This document shows positions 26,247-38,984 of a DNA stretch of 64,000 nucleotides, in pieces. The position numbers were made by a program, and so were the translations under genes. The notes below the pieces were generated by a model, which ran no database searches, had not been told where the DNA came from, and saw nothing but the letters and a program-made list of their open reading frames with translations. Location: the NCBI GenBank assembly GCA_964016885.1, contig OZ024741.1, positions 161,758,001 through 161,822,000 on the forward strand. The letters are read 5' to 3'. This DNA comes from Eledone cirrhosa (Eukaryota). The stretch's first letter is position 1. The number at the start of each line of letters is the position of its first letter.

Positions 26247-28274
26247 TCTCTCTCTCTCTCCTCCCCCCTCTCTCTTTTGACAAGTGTTTTAAAGCAGGCA
26301 TGTCAAACATGCAGTCCTTTACAAGTACAAAGGTTTTTACAGTGTGAGTATGTTTTATCTTCGTAATATAAAATATAAAAAATTAGTTGTAATGTGCGTA
26401 ATCAGTTGTCGTGTGTGACCCTCAGACAACACATATGTGACCCATGTGGCCCTCAGGGGACCCTCAGTTTGACATGCCTGATTTAAGGTCATTCCCCTTG
26501 TAGAAACCATATCATCTGACGTGTCTAGTCTTAGAACAAGACAACATGTTCAACCCATGCCAGCATGAAAAATAGACCTAAAATGATTTATTTAAAGTAA
26601 TCCAACTAATTTTAATAACATGTTCAGAAAAAATATCTGTCACGGTTCCACAGACTTCCAATCATTATATATTAGATTGTATATCTATATATCTATACTA
26701 TGGTATATCTGGGCATCTGTTATGTTGAGGGTTTGTTGTGACCATATGTATAGATTGTATTAGGGATTTAATTCATTATAGTGTGGCAGAATCTGTAGTA
26801 GTAATTGTTGACTTGATGGGTGATTTCCTGAGTTGCTTTCTCCCATATATAGTACTGTGTGAATGGTTGTGACTTATGGCAAATGAATTGTGTGTGTCGA
26901 GATGTGTGGTTTGCCATAACCAGTAGTTGAAAGCTGAAAGTTGAAAGTGAAATTGCCATTAACACACACCCAACAAGGGAACAATTTCAATAATTAAGGG
27001 GGACAATTTAAAAATGATGTTAATGAGAACAAACTTCAGGTTTCACATTACTTTTACACCAAGGCAACTTTGGTATACATTACTGTTGGAAACTCACCTC
27101 CTCCACACAAGTGTTTTTGTGCATCTGGAACCACCTATACACTAATTTCTTTACACAGCAGTTGACCATCGCTGTTTTCATATCAAAGCAGGGTCATAAC
27201 AATTTTTGATATGTTGAAGTGGGGCATAGTACACAAAATGCTGGGAATCACTGCTTTAGCACTATTCAATAAACAATAACAAAGGCCGTGCTACTTTAAT
27301 AATTTTTATTAAGAAATAACTTATGTCAAAGTTATTATGATAACATGAAAAACTACAAAGAATCAAAGTATTGTGTTTGAGTGATTGGTTTAACATGGAT
27401 GCTGTAGTAGTAGTGTGAAAAGTTGTATGGAACTAACCTTTTTTGGAATCAAACAGGAGTATGACAGTCTTGGCTCACTGGTTAAAAGGACTAAGACCTA
27501 GCAGGTCAGAGTGAGTCTGTTGGCAAACTACATCATTCCGATCTCTGTTGTAAACTGAAATGAACTGGTTGTAGGCAGTGACAGATTTACCATTGTGCTT
27601 AAGTGTGCTTAAGCACAGGGCCCCGTTGACCAGGGGTGGGTGGGCATCTTCCTGCCAAAACAAGTAAGGGGCCTCATAACTTAACTAGCACAGGGCCTCA
27701 TTTGTCCTAAATCAGGCACTGATTGTAGGACAGCCAAGAACAGATTATTTATGAGAATTCTGTTGTCATTGACAATAAGCAGATGGTCCCTAGAAAACTG
27801 TCCTAGACAGTTTTGGTGACATGAGCCCCCAAAACAAAGGAAGTAAAGTACATCAGGTACAGTACAGGGGAAATCATTTATCTCTGAGGCTTATTTCACC
27901 AACCAGAGAAACAATGGTTTAAATCTCTCTGCTTAGATTTGCTACATATCTATATATTTATTTTCTGTATAATAATATATCTATATATCTAAATAATTGT
28001 TTCTACTTTTTGGCACAAGGCTAGCAATTATCCCAGTGTATTACTGGTACTTTATTTTATCGACCCCGTAAGGATGAAAGGCAAAGTTAACCTCGGTGGG
28101 ATTTGAACTCAGTCCGTAAAGGGACGTAACTGTGGTACAAAGCATGGTGTCCGACCCTCTACCGATACTGCCAAATAATAATATATAGCTATATAGTGAT
28201 ATAGAGTGAATATCCTGTATAGAGTGAAGGCAGAAATTCATTGCTTAAACTTTAATCTGTACTGATAATATATA

Positions 28275-28314
<40 letters not shown>

Positions 28315-29421
28315 AATACCAATATAAACGGAGCCATAGACTTGCGTTATTTCCTGTATATTATGTGCTCAAAGGAAAAGGAATCCTGAGCTCTTCAAAA
28401 TACAATATGTAGAAAGGATAACACACTAGAGAGAGATAGAGTGTGCGATCAAAAAACAGGGAATCCACCAGTGTATGGAATCTATAATCTATGGAAGGTA
28501 AGGTAGACACATAATAATTAAAGATATAACTCAAAACGTGTATACGTACCTCTATAACACACATGTACAAATCCAAAAGGATTCGGTTCGCCACTATATT
28601 AGTGACTGAAATGTAAATACCAATGGTTCATCAGCGTGTGCTTAGTAGATACATTCCAGACATCTCTAAAATACTTAAGATAACCGTCCCACACCACGCG
28701 GTAGAGAGAAGTGCTAGCGTGTGAAGGGCAGTGAACCAGCGGCCTCTGAAGGATGAGCCGCCAGAAATGGCAGCCCTGTTTTTTGATCGCACGCACTCTA
28801 TCTCTCCCTAGTGTGTTTTCCTTTCTACATATTGTATTTTTTTTTTTTAACGATCGACTTTCGTCAAATCGGACCGAGGGAACAATGTTTCCGTTGGTCT
28901 TTCCAATTGCTAATACTATCTATCGGTCGCAACTCCAGGTAGAAGGAGCAACGTGAAATAAAGTGTCTTGCTCAAGGACATAACGCATCGCCTGGTCCAG
29001 GAATCGAACTCACAACCTTACGATTGCGAATCCAATTCTCTAACCAGTCAGCCACACGCCTTCACTGAATGCATATTGTATATATACATATATATATATA
29101 TATATTATTCTTACAGATTAAAGTTTAAGCAAAGAATTGCTTCTTTCACCCTATTCCAGGATCTTCTGAAATAGGAATAGGGTGAAAGCAGCAATTCTTT
29201 GTTTAAACTTTAATATGTACTGATAATAAATATTTGCTCTACAGGTTATATATATATATATATTTATAATCCTTATCGAGCTCTCTTCGGATTTTGGTCT
29301 TTATAATTATTATTATTATTATATATATATATATAGATATATGCAAGCAGGGAAAAGCGGACATAAAATGATGATGATGAGGATATACATATCTATACAG
29401 TGATATATCTACACATGCACG

Positions 29422-29473
<52 letters not shown>

Positions 29474-30098
29474 TCTAGTGAAGATTGTTTAACTTACAAA
29501 GAATTGGGAAATTTGAAATTTAAAAATATAGCCACCACAATGCAGTTAACTATAATAATAGTTGATTATAAATAATAGTTGAATAAATCAGGTAAACTAC
29601 TTTTAAAGAGAGATGCCTGCTGGTAATCAAAGCACACATTGATATAAGAATGTATCAATATATCTGTATAATGATATTGTCTGGCCACTTCATCTTTGCA
29701 CTGGTCGCCGTCGAGACCTCAGGTGTACTTGAAGCCCATACTGCTGAGCTCGTCCGCAAGATTGGAACATCAGCAGCCTGTCTGAGGAAGGAGCCCTGTG
29801 AGCTGGGGTGGTTCTTGCAGCAAGTGTCGCTGGCCATTGTCTGCGGGAATGCTTTTGCAGTCTTAACCGCAGGGCACAACCTCCACGCCCTAGGATCAGA
29901 ACCAAATCACTGCCCACCCCCATTCTTCTGTGACACTAGGGCCCTTGCTTTTCCCTTCCTTTTCCGTTTTTTTTTATATTTTCTTATGTTACATTCCATT
30001 ATTTCTTTTCAATCTAAATTTTTTTTTTTTTTTTATACTAAATTGTATTTACATGATATATTTTTTACCTAGAATAAAATGTTTCTGAATATATATAC

Positions 30099-30169
<71 letters not shown>

Positions 30170-33100
30170 TCCCACCCTTGCAAGCAGGGAAAAGCGGACG
30201 TAAAATGATGATGATGATGATGATGATGATATATATATATATAGGAAAAGACAGCTGAGCTCCGGCCATTTTGACAGCTAGATCTGAACTAAGCCACCCG
30301 TCGAATCTAGCTGTCGAAACAGCTGGAGCTAAGCCGTCAAGGTCCTGACTCTTTTCCTATTACCCACTCTACTACCCTAAGTATTGAGTACTCTGGTGCA
30401 TTATGGTCCACCTGGTATCTTGCCACACCCTCTTTGTTATATATATATATATATATATATTCAGATCGGAAAGTTATCACCTATTATTATAGTTATCAGT
30501 ACTTTGGTTACTGTATTTTTAATGTATATCTGTATAACAGTCTATCTATATATCTATATAATTGTTTCTACTATCTATATAATGGTTATCTATATAATGT
30601 TATATATTTATATAATGGTCGTTTATTCCAGTCTATGGAACAATATTATCAGAGTGTGATGGAAAAATTAAAAACTATGAATTCTGTGAAACAGAAACTG
30701 AATGTAAGTATTATTGTTGTTGTTACTGATGTAGTTACTGTTTAACAACTCTGTACCTTTTTGATTTCCATATATCTAACACACGTGGGCATGCCCACAA
30801 AGTCAGAAAACAGCACAGCTCCCATGACTTTTGGAAACAATTTTTCACGCTCAGAGTTGCTGAAGCATGGAACAAACGATCTGCATCAGTTGTTAGCTGA
30901 GACACTGCACCTTTTAAAACCTCCATGGAACAAATTACCTGCATCAGTTGTTAGCTGCTGAGACACTGCATCCTTTAAAACCTCCATGGAACAAACTACC
31001 TGCATCAGTTGTTAGCTGCCGAGACACTGCATCCTTTAAAACCTCCATGGAACAAATTACCTGCATCAGTTGTTAGCTGCCGAGACACTGCATCTTTTTA
31101 AAACCTCCATGGAACAAATTACCTGCATCAGTTGTTAGCTGCCGAGACACTGCATCCTTTAAAACCTCCATGGAACAAATTACCTGCATCAGTTGTTAGC
31201 TGCCGAGACACTGCATCCTTTAAAACCTCCATGGAACAAATTACCTGCATCAGTTGTTAGCTGCCGAGACACTGCATCCTTTAAAACCTCCATGGAACAA
31301 ACTACCTGCATCAGTTGTTAGCTGCCGAGACACTGCATCCTTTAAAACCTCCATGGAACAAACTACCTGCATCAGTTGTTAGCTGCCGAGACACTGCATC
31401 CTTTAAAACCTCCATGGAACAAACTACCTGCATCAGTTGTTAGCTGCCGAGACACTGCATCCTTTAAAACCTCCATGGAACAAATTACCTGCATCAGTTG
31501 TTAGCTGCCGAGACACTGCATCCTTTAAAACCTCCATGGAACAAATTACCTGCATCAGTTGTTAGCTGCCGAGACACTGCATCCTTTAAAACCTCCATGG
31601 AACAAACTACCTGCATCAGTTGTTAGCTGCCGAGACACTGCATCCTTTAAAACCTCCATGGAACAAATTACCTGCATCAGTTGTTAGTTGCCGAGACACT
31701 GCATCCTTTAAAACCTCCATGGAACAAACTACTTGCATCAGTTGTTAGCTGCCGAGACACTGCATCCTTTAAAACCTCCATGGAACAAACTACCTGCATC
31801 AGTTGTTAGCTGCCGAGACACTGCATCCTTTAAAACCTCCATACTTCCTGAGATTCGCCAACACTACACCTAATATTTCCCCTCCATACACACACACACA
31901 TGTATATCATGACTCATGCACTATTTACTTCCCTGACATTTGTATATTATTCTATGCACTATACATGCACCTTTGACGAGTTGTAGTGCACCTGAGGACT
32001 GTACACAATAATTTCATTATTATTATTGGATTGGCAGTATTGGTAGAGGGTTGGACGCTATGCTGTGCAGCAAAGAGTTACGGCCCTTTATGGTCTGAGT
32101 TCAAATCCCGCCGAGGTTAACTTTGCCTTTCATCCTTACGGGATCGATAAAATAAAGTACCAGTAATACACTGGGATAATTGCTGGCCTTGTGCCAAAAG
32201 TAGAAACAATTATTATTATTATTGTTGCTCCTACTGCTGTGCTTGTTGTTGTTATTGAGGTAATTGCTGCTATTACTGTTGTTGTTGCTCCTGTGGTGTT
32301 ACCGAGGTAGTTACTATTGTTGTTGTTGTTACTGTGGTAGTTGCTGCAGTTACTGTTGTTGTTGCTGATGCTGTGGTTGTTGTTGTTATTATTGTTGCTG
32401 TTTGTGGTGGTGGTGGTGTTGCAACTGCTGTTGTTGTTGTTGCTGTTGTGTTTGTTGTTGTTATTGTTATTGTTGTTGTTGCTCTTATTGTTTCTGTGGT
32501 TTGATGTTGCTGTTGTTGCTATGATATCCTTGTTGCTGTTACTGTATTTGTTATTTAAAAAAGTTGCTACTACCCTGATCATAGTGAAAATTTTAATTGT
32601 TTTGTTTTTTTGCCCATTAATTACTATATTTCTCATGAAAGATGCTGCCTATAATTTTCAAATAGTGAAATTTGGAGAGATTTAGTAATTAACTAACTTT
32701 CTTGTTACTAATCTGGTGTTTCGATCACATCTTAACCGTTTAGCATTTAAACCGGCCACATCTGGCCAGAACTCTCTCACCTTTTTCTGTTCAAACCAGC
32801 TGTAACCAGTTGCTAATGCCTACATTAAGGTATTGTTCTCAAAATGAAGAACATCAAAATCTCATAGATTCGATATTAGGTGAGATAATTATTTAAGATA
32901 AAGCCTTTACTGTGAAAATACAATAGTATATATAGAGTAATGTAAATGCTAAAGGGTTAAATATAACACAAAATTTTAACCCTTTCATTATGATATTTCT
33001 AATAGAAGACACTTATTATTATTTTCAAATCATATTGGGCGGTGAATCGGCAGTATCGGTATAATGTTGGATGCCATGCTTCACGGCATAGAGTTACGTC

Positions 33101-36100
33101 CCTTTGCCTTCTGAGTTCAAATCCTGCCAACTTAGCTTTGCCTTTCATCCTTACGGGGTTGATAAAATAAAGCACCAGTAATACACTGGGTTCGATTTAG
33201 ATGACTCCCCCAGCTGTCTATTTAAAGTTGTATATAGCTATGGTGCGGCCACACTTAGAATTTGCATCACCAGTCTGGAACCCCTATCTTGCTCAGAACA
33301 TTGACCTCCTGGAAACTGTTCAGAGAGGTGCAACCAAGCGAATACCCTCCATCAGGCATCTACCATACTCTGAACGCCCTGGGCATGGATACATTGAAGC
33401 TCCGATGTCTGGCAACTGACTTGGTAAACACCCACAAAATTATTAACCATCTTGCCAACAACAACCCTGAGCACCTTTTTGAATTCCATGTGTCTAACAC
33501 ACGTGGGGATGCCTACAAAGTCAGAAAACAGCTCAGCTCCCATGACTTCTGGAATATTTTTTCATGCTCAGAGTTGCTGAAGCATGGAACAAACTACCTG
33601 CATCAATTGTTAGCTGCCGAGACACTGCATACTTTAAAATCTCCATGCTTCCTGAAATTCGCCAACACTACACCTGATGTCCCCCTTCCATACACACACA
33701 CATGTATATCATGTCTCATACACTGTTCAATTTCCTGACATTTGTACATTATTCTAACTTTGATGAGTTGTAGTGCATCTGAGCACTGTACAAAATAATT
33801 TTATTATATTATTATTATTAATATAAGTATGTACACGTACATACATATATGTATACAGATGTACAGTAGTATGTATATATATATACATACATGCCCACAT
33901 ATATATATGTACGTATGGATTCACCGAACATTTATTATAATGCTCGGTGTGTTTGTAAACAAACATCCCGTATTAAGCCGTAGTGTCTAGCAACCATCGT
34001 TGCTCGTTTGGTCAACACTGACAAAGGAATGCTGTACTAGTTTCAAGCTTATTAGCTATCATCAGCAACGTATACCTTCTTGCCAGATTGTTGAACATAT
34101 ATACTTACCTTATGCATATTAACGCCTGAGTAGCCAAATTTGCATATCGAGTGGGTTAATCGGCCGGGTGCACCGAAAACGATAAACGGAAAAAATGAAA
34201 CAAAATTTCATTTCCCACTCTTAGTACGGCTGTTACTTAAATATAAGTATGTACACATACATACATATATGTATACAGACGTACAGTAGTATGTATACAT
34301 ATATACATACATGCACACATATATATATGTACGTATGGATTCACCGAATATTTATTATAATGCTCGGTGTGTTTGTAAACAAACATCCCGTATTAAGCCG
34401 TAGTGTCTAGCAACCATTGTTGCTCATTTGTTCAACACTGACAAAGGAACGCTGTACTAGTTTCAAGCTTATTAGCTATCATCAGCAACGTAGGAAGGTA
34501 TACGTTGCTGATGATAGCTAATAAGCTTGAAACTAGTACAGCATTCCTTTGTCAGTGTTGAACAAACGAGCAACGATGGTTGCTAGACACTACGGCTTAA
34601 TACGGGATGTTTGTTTACAAACACACCGAGCATTATAATAAATGTTCGGTGAATCCATACGTACATATATATATGTGTGCATGTATGTATATATATATAC
34701 ATACTACTGTACGTCTGTATACATATATGTATGTACGTGTACATACTTATATTTAAGTAACAGCCGTACTAAGAGTGGGAAATGAAATTTCGTTTCATTT
34801 TTTCCGATTATTATTAAATTATGCTGAAAGGGCTTTTGATAAATATAGACACTTTAAAACATTTTTGTATCCTAGAACCTGGACTATTTTATATGAAAAG
34901 GTTTAATTAGCGATATGCCAAGCTTGAAGATATTAAATATTATTTAATCATGTGAAATAACTTTTGCAAATGGCTGAGCATTCCAGAGATATGTATACCT
35001 TTAATGTAATTCTTAGGGAGATTTGGCATAACACAGGGTGTGACAAGGTTAACCCATTGAATAACAGATGTAATGAATTTTTCCAGCAATGTGAAATAAA
35101 GTGTCTTGCTCAAGGTCAAAACACACCACCGAGAATGGAATTCACAATGTTATGATTGTGAGCCTAACATTTTATCTATTAAGCTACATGCTTTCACTAT
35201 GTTGTGTTTTTGAACAAGACACTTTATTTCACATCGCTTCAGTCCACTCAGTTAGAAAAAATGAGTTGCACCTGTAATTCAAAGGACCAGCCTTGTCATA
35301 GTCTGTGTCACACTGAATCTCCCTGAGAACTATGTTAAGGGTGCATGTTAAGCCACTCACACATTAATTTCATGATCAGGTAGTTCCGTTGACTGAATCA
35401 ATTGGAAAACTTAGTGTTGGAAACAATGGAGATCCAACAAGAAGTTGTACTCGGATAAGTCAATTTTATCACTTATACATTTAATCCTTTATTTATACGT
35501 GTCAATTCTGTGATGGAATTGGTGAAACCACAACATTTTAACCCTTTTGATACCCCACCACCTGAAACCGCCCCTAGCTCTATGATACAAAACTGTTTAT
35601 TTCAAAGTGTTTATATTTATCTTATTGTTTTGTATGAGCAAGACATGGTCACCTGACCTGGCATTGCCCACAAGACAAATTGTCTAACCCATGCTAGCAT
35701 GGAAGAATGGACGTAAAACGGTGATGATGATGTTTTATATTCTATCATAATTCTATATAAGAACATTTGTTGTTCCAAACACCAAATGAATAATGAGAAA
35801 GATAGTTATATTTAAATGGGAAAAGAAGAGTATTGACGTACAATACTCTTCTTTTTCCATTTCTTTGAGGGTTCTAAACCCCATTATCAGGCTCAAATTT
35901 CTTTAGTCAAAAAAAGGGCAAAAGCTTCCATTTCTATTTTAGTTATATTTGTTGAGCTATTCTACATATACCTGATAAATAATTGCTCCAAAATGATTTG
36001 AAAATAATGGTTTCTGATTTAGACACACAAGCCCAACACATTTTTGGGGGGGCAGTGGAGGGGGAGTCGATTGAATTGACCCCAGTGTATTACTGGTGCT

Positions 36101-38947
36101 TTATTTTATCAACCCTGTAAAGATGAAAGGCAAAGCTAACCTTGGCAAGATTTTGAACTCAGAACGCAAAGGGACGTAACTCTATGCCGTGAAGCATGGC
36201 GTCCGACACTATACTGATACTGCCGATTCACCGCCCAATATGATTTGAAAATAATTATAAGTGTCTTCTATTAGAAATATCGTAATGAAAGGGTTAACAT
36301 TTTGTGTAATAACTTATTCTTAGCAATTATTAAGTCAACAAAAGTAAAGAAGTTTGCTTCACATTTATGAGGTCCCAGGATCAATCCCACTTCATAGTAT
36401 CTTGTTCAAGTGCCTTTCTGATAGCTTTCAGTCGACTGAAAACTTGTGAGTAAACCTGGGAAAACTTAAATTTTATAGAAATTCATCAGATGGATTGTAT
36501 GTGTAATCTGAAGGTGCAATCATGACACACACTGTTTCATACTGATTCTCATTAAGAATTACATACATTAAGAATACATCACTGGAATACTTGACCACTT
36601 ACATGTTAATTCATGAGTCTGATGTTCAATTGATCAAACAACTGAATATTTATCATTGAAACTGATGGATTAGGTCCTTACCTTGAGGAGTCTTCCCTCC
36701 CTCCCATCAGACATGGAGACCTTGAAAAAGTGTCATGGACACTGCCTTTCACTCTACAGTTGGTAGATATATTTATACAGGATATTCTAATATATTTATA
36801 TATAATAGTTATATCCTATATTATCTCATTGTACAAATAATTAAATCCTATATTATCATGTGGTGTAAATAATTATATCCTATATTATCATATGGTGTAA
36901 ATAATTATATCCTACATTATCATATGGTGTAAATAACTATATCCTATATTATCATATGGTGTAAATAATTATATCCTATAGTGTAAATAATTATATCCTA
37001 TATTATCATATCAGTGCATTTGCTTTTAGGCTACAGAATTCAAATTTAATAACTTGAAAGATACTCATGCTGATCTTGAAAACCGTTTTAACAAAATGAA
37101 TAAAGAATTTACTATCACTGTAAGTATTGACTAACACTGAAAAGATTCATATTTATATATATTATAGTATCATGACACCGACACTGTGTAGAATAAGATC
37201 TCTGTTAAAAGGTTTTTGAATGTTACCTTGAAGTTGTTTAATAGTCCTTATATTTCAGGATAACATCCCTTCATTAAAACAAGAATTTATGAAACTAATT
37301 TGAAGCAGGATATCTTGTGATGTGTCATTGTTATGCTGTCATTTTTTAATTTGAAAGTGGTGTCTTTTTGGGAACACAGGAAGTGGTGAATGAATTATGT
37401 CAGAGAAGGAAAGGCAGCATCCATGATATTTTTTACTGGGTTTCTGAGACTGAGGGGTGTGTGTGTGTGTGGTGGAGTAAAGGGTGAAGATGTGATGGTT
37501 CATGGATTGCTGTGTAAGAAAAATACTTAATTCAGCTCTAGTCTGGCTGCTTGCTACAGACTGGAATTTGCTATGCACATTAAAAGGCACCCAATAGTCA
37601 GTATAGTGTTAAACCATGTAATGGATTAAGGTCTGCCTCCCAAAGACATATACAGTTTCCATCTCTCAAATCCCATTCATAAGGCTTGGGTTAACCTGAA
37701 GCTATGTGCTTTAGCAGGAGTAATGGTCATAGCCCTTTTGTGACTATGTTTTAAATGAGATACATTTTATTTCAATTCACTGACGAAGAATTTTGAGTGA
37801 TTTAATAAAATTATTAAATATTTCATTATAATAAGATAGTGTGGCTCTTATATAAAATTATGTTGGAAGATTTGAATATAAATAAAATCCCTTTAAAATG
37901 GGTGGTTTTCTTTCAAAGAACCAGGGCAAATTTTGCCCATGTTGGTATCAGATGGGTTAAGATGTTATTTCTTTAGTGAAAAAGAGCAATGGATTTGGTG
38001 GAATAATTTGAGCATTGGACAAAATGCCTTGTAGCATTTAGTTGCAGCTATTTATGTTCTGAGATCAAGTCATATTGAGGTCAACTTTGTCTTTCATCCT
38101 TCCGAGATTGGTAAAATATAGTACCAGTAAAGTACGGAATCGATTTAATTGATTTACCCCCCCCCCCCCCCCCTTCAAATTTGTCAGCTTTGTTTCTAGA
38201 TTAGAAACAATTTCTTTAGTAAGAAAAATAAAATGAATATTTTGCAATAAAAGATGATATAAATCACCATCTATTTTTACCAATCTTTTCAGCGAGGACT
38301 ACTGAAAGCTTTTGAAGATAATTTTGATAAAAAAGTTGATGAGGTTGATGATCATTATAAGCAAAAAATCAACAACCTGTTGATGATGAATTCAGAGCTT
38401 CGGAAAACGTTTCGAAAGAAATGTGAAGAATTATCCATCAGCAAATATCATGTGAACCTAGGCCAAGGAGATTGTAGTAGAGAGATGAAGAACAAAATAA
38501 AGGTGAAATTTGTATTTTGTACATTTTGTAAATAACTTCAGGTTAAATTGATGAAATGAAAGGAATGTGTACCACCGTCTAAACAGTCAATATTTCTATA
38601 ATTATTTATCTAAGAAATATGTGATAAATGTAATTTTTTTCTGTTTTTTTCCAATGACTAAAAGGACTCTTCCACAATGTAATTACTGATATATATATGG
38701 GCGGAGGTGGTGAGAGCAGACCTTAGATCGCTGAAACTCACCGAGGAGATAACGAAGGACTGTGACAAGTGGAGAGATGCTGTGCTGAATAGGACCTGTC
38801 CAACCCTTGCAAGCAGGGAAAAGCGGATGTAAAATCATGATGATGATGATGATGATTTATTTATTAAACTAATATTATAATTATCTGCTTTATAGCAACT
38901 ACATTTTCAAATTTCAAATTTCCCAATACTTCATAAGCCAACTAAAG

Positions 38948-38984
<37 letters not shown>

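Larger units (their letters stand above)
33821..34806. mobile_element. 420-bp hammerhead-bearing repeat: about 1.6 tandem copies plus an inverted partial copy (retrozyme or Penelope pLTR-like)
   Basis: Period of 420 bp (33821 vs 34241). Inverted arms 34187-34492 and 34500-34806. Flanked by ATTATTATTAA on both sides. Confidence 0.8.

Noticed and set aside
28560-28645. Minus-strand CTGATGA...CGAAC as a hammerhead
   Set aside because: It lacks GAAA and a proper stem I or III.
30866-31842. CRISPR-like regular array
   Set aside because: The units are contiguous with no unique spacers, derive from CR1 coding sequence, and lie in a eukaryotic context with no cas genes.
32136-32685. Poly-Asn and poly-Leu ORFs
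   Set aside because: They are translations of a trinucleotide microsatellite following a SINE tail.
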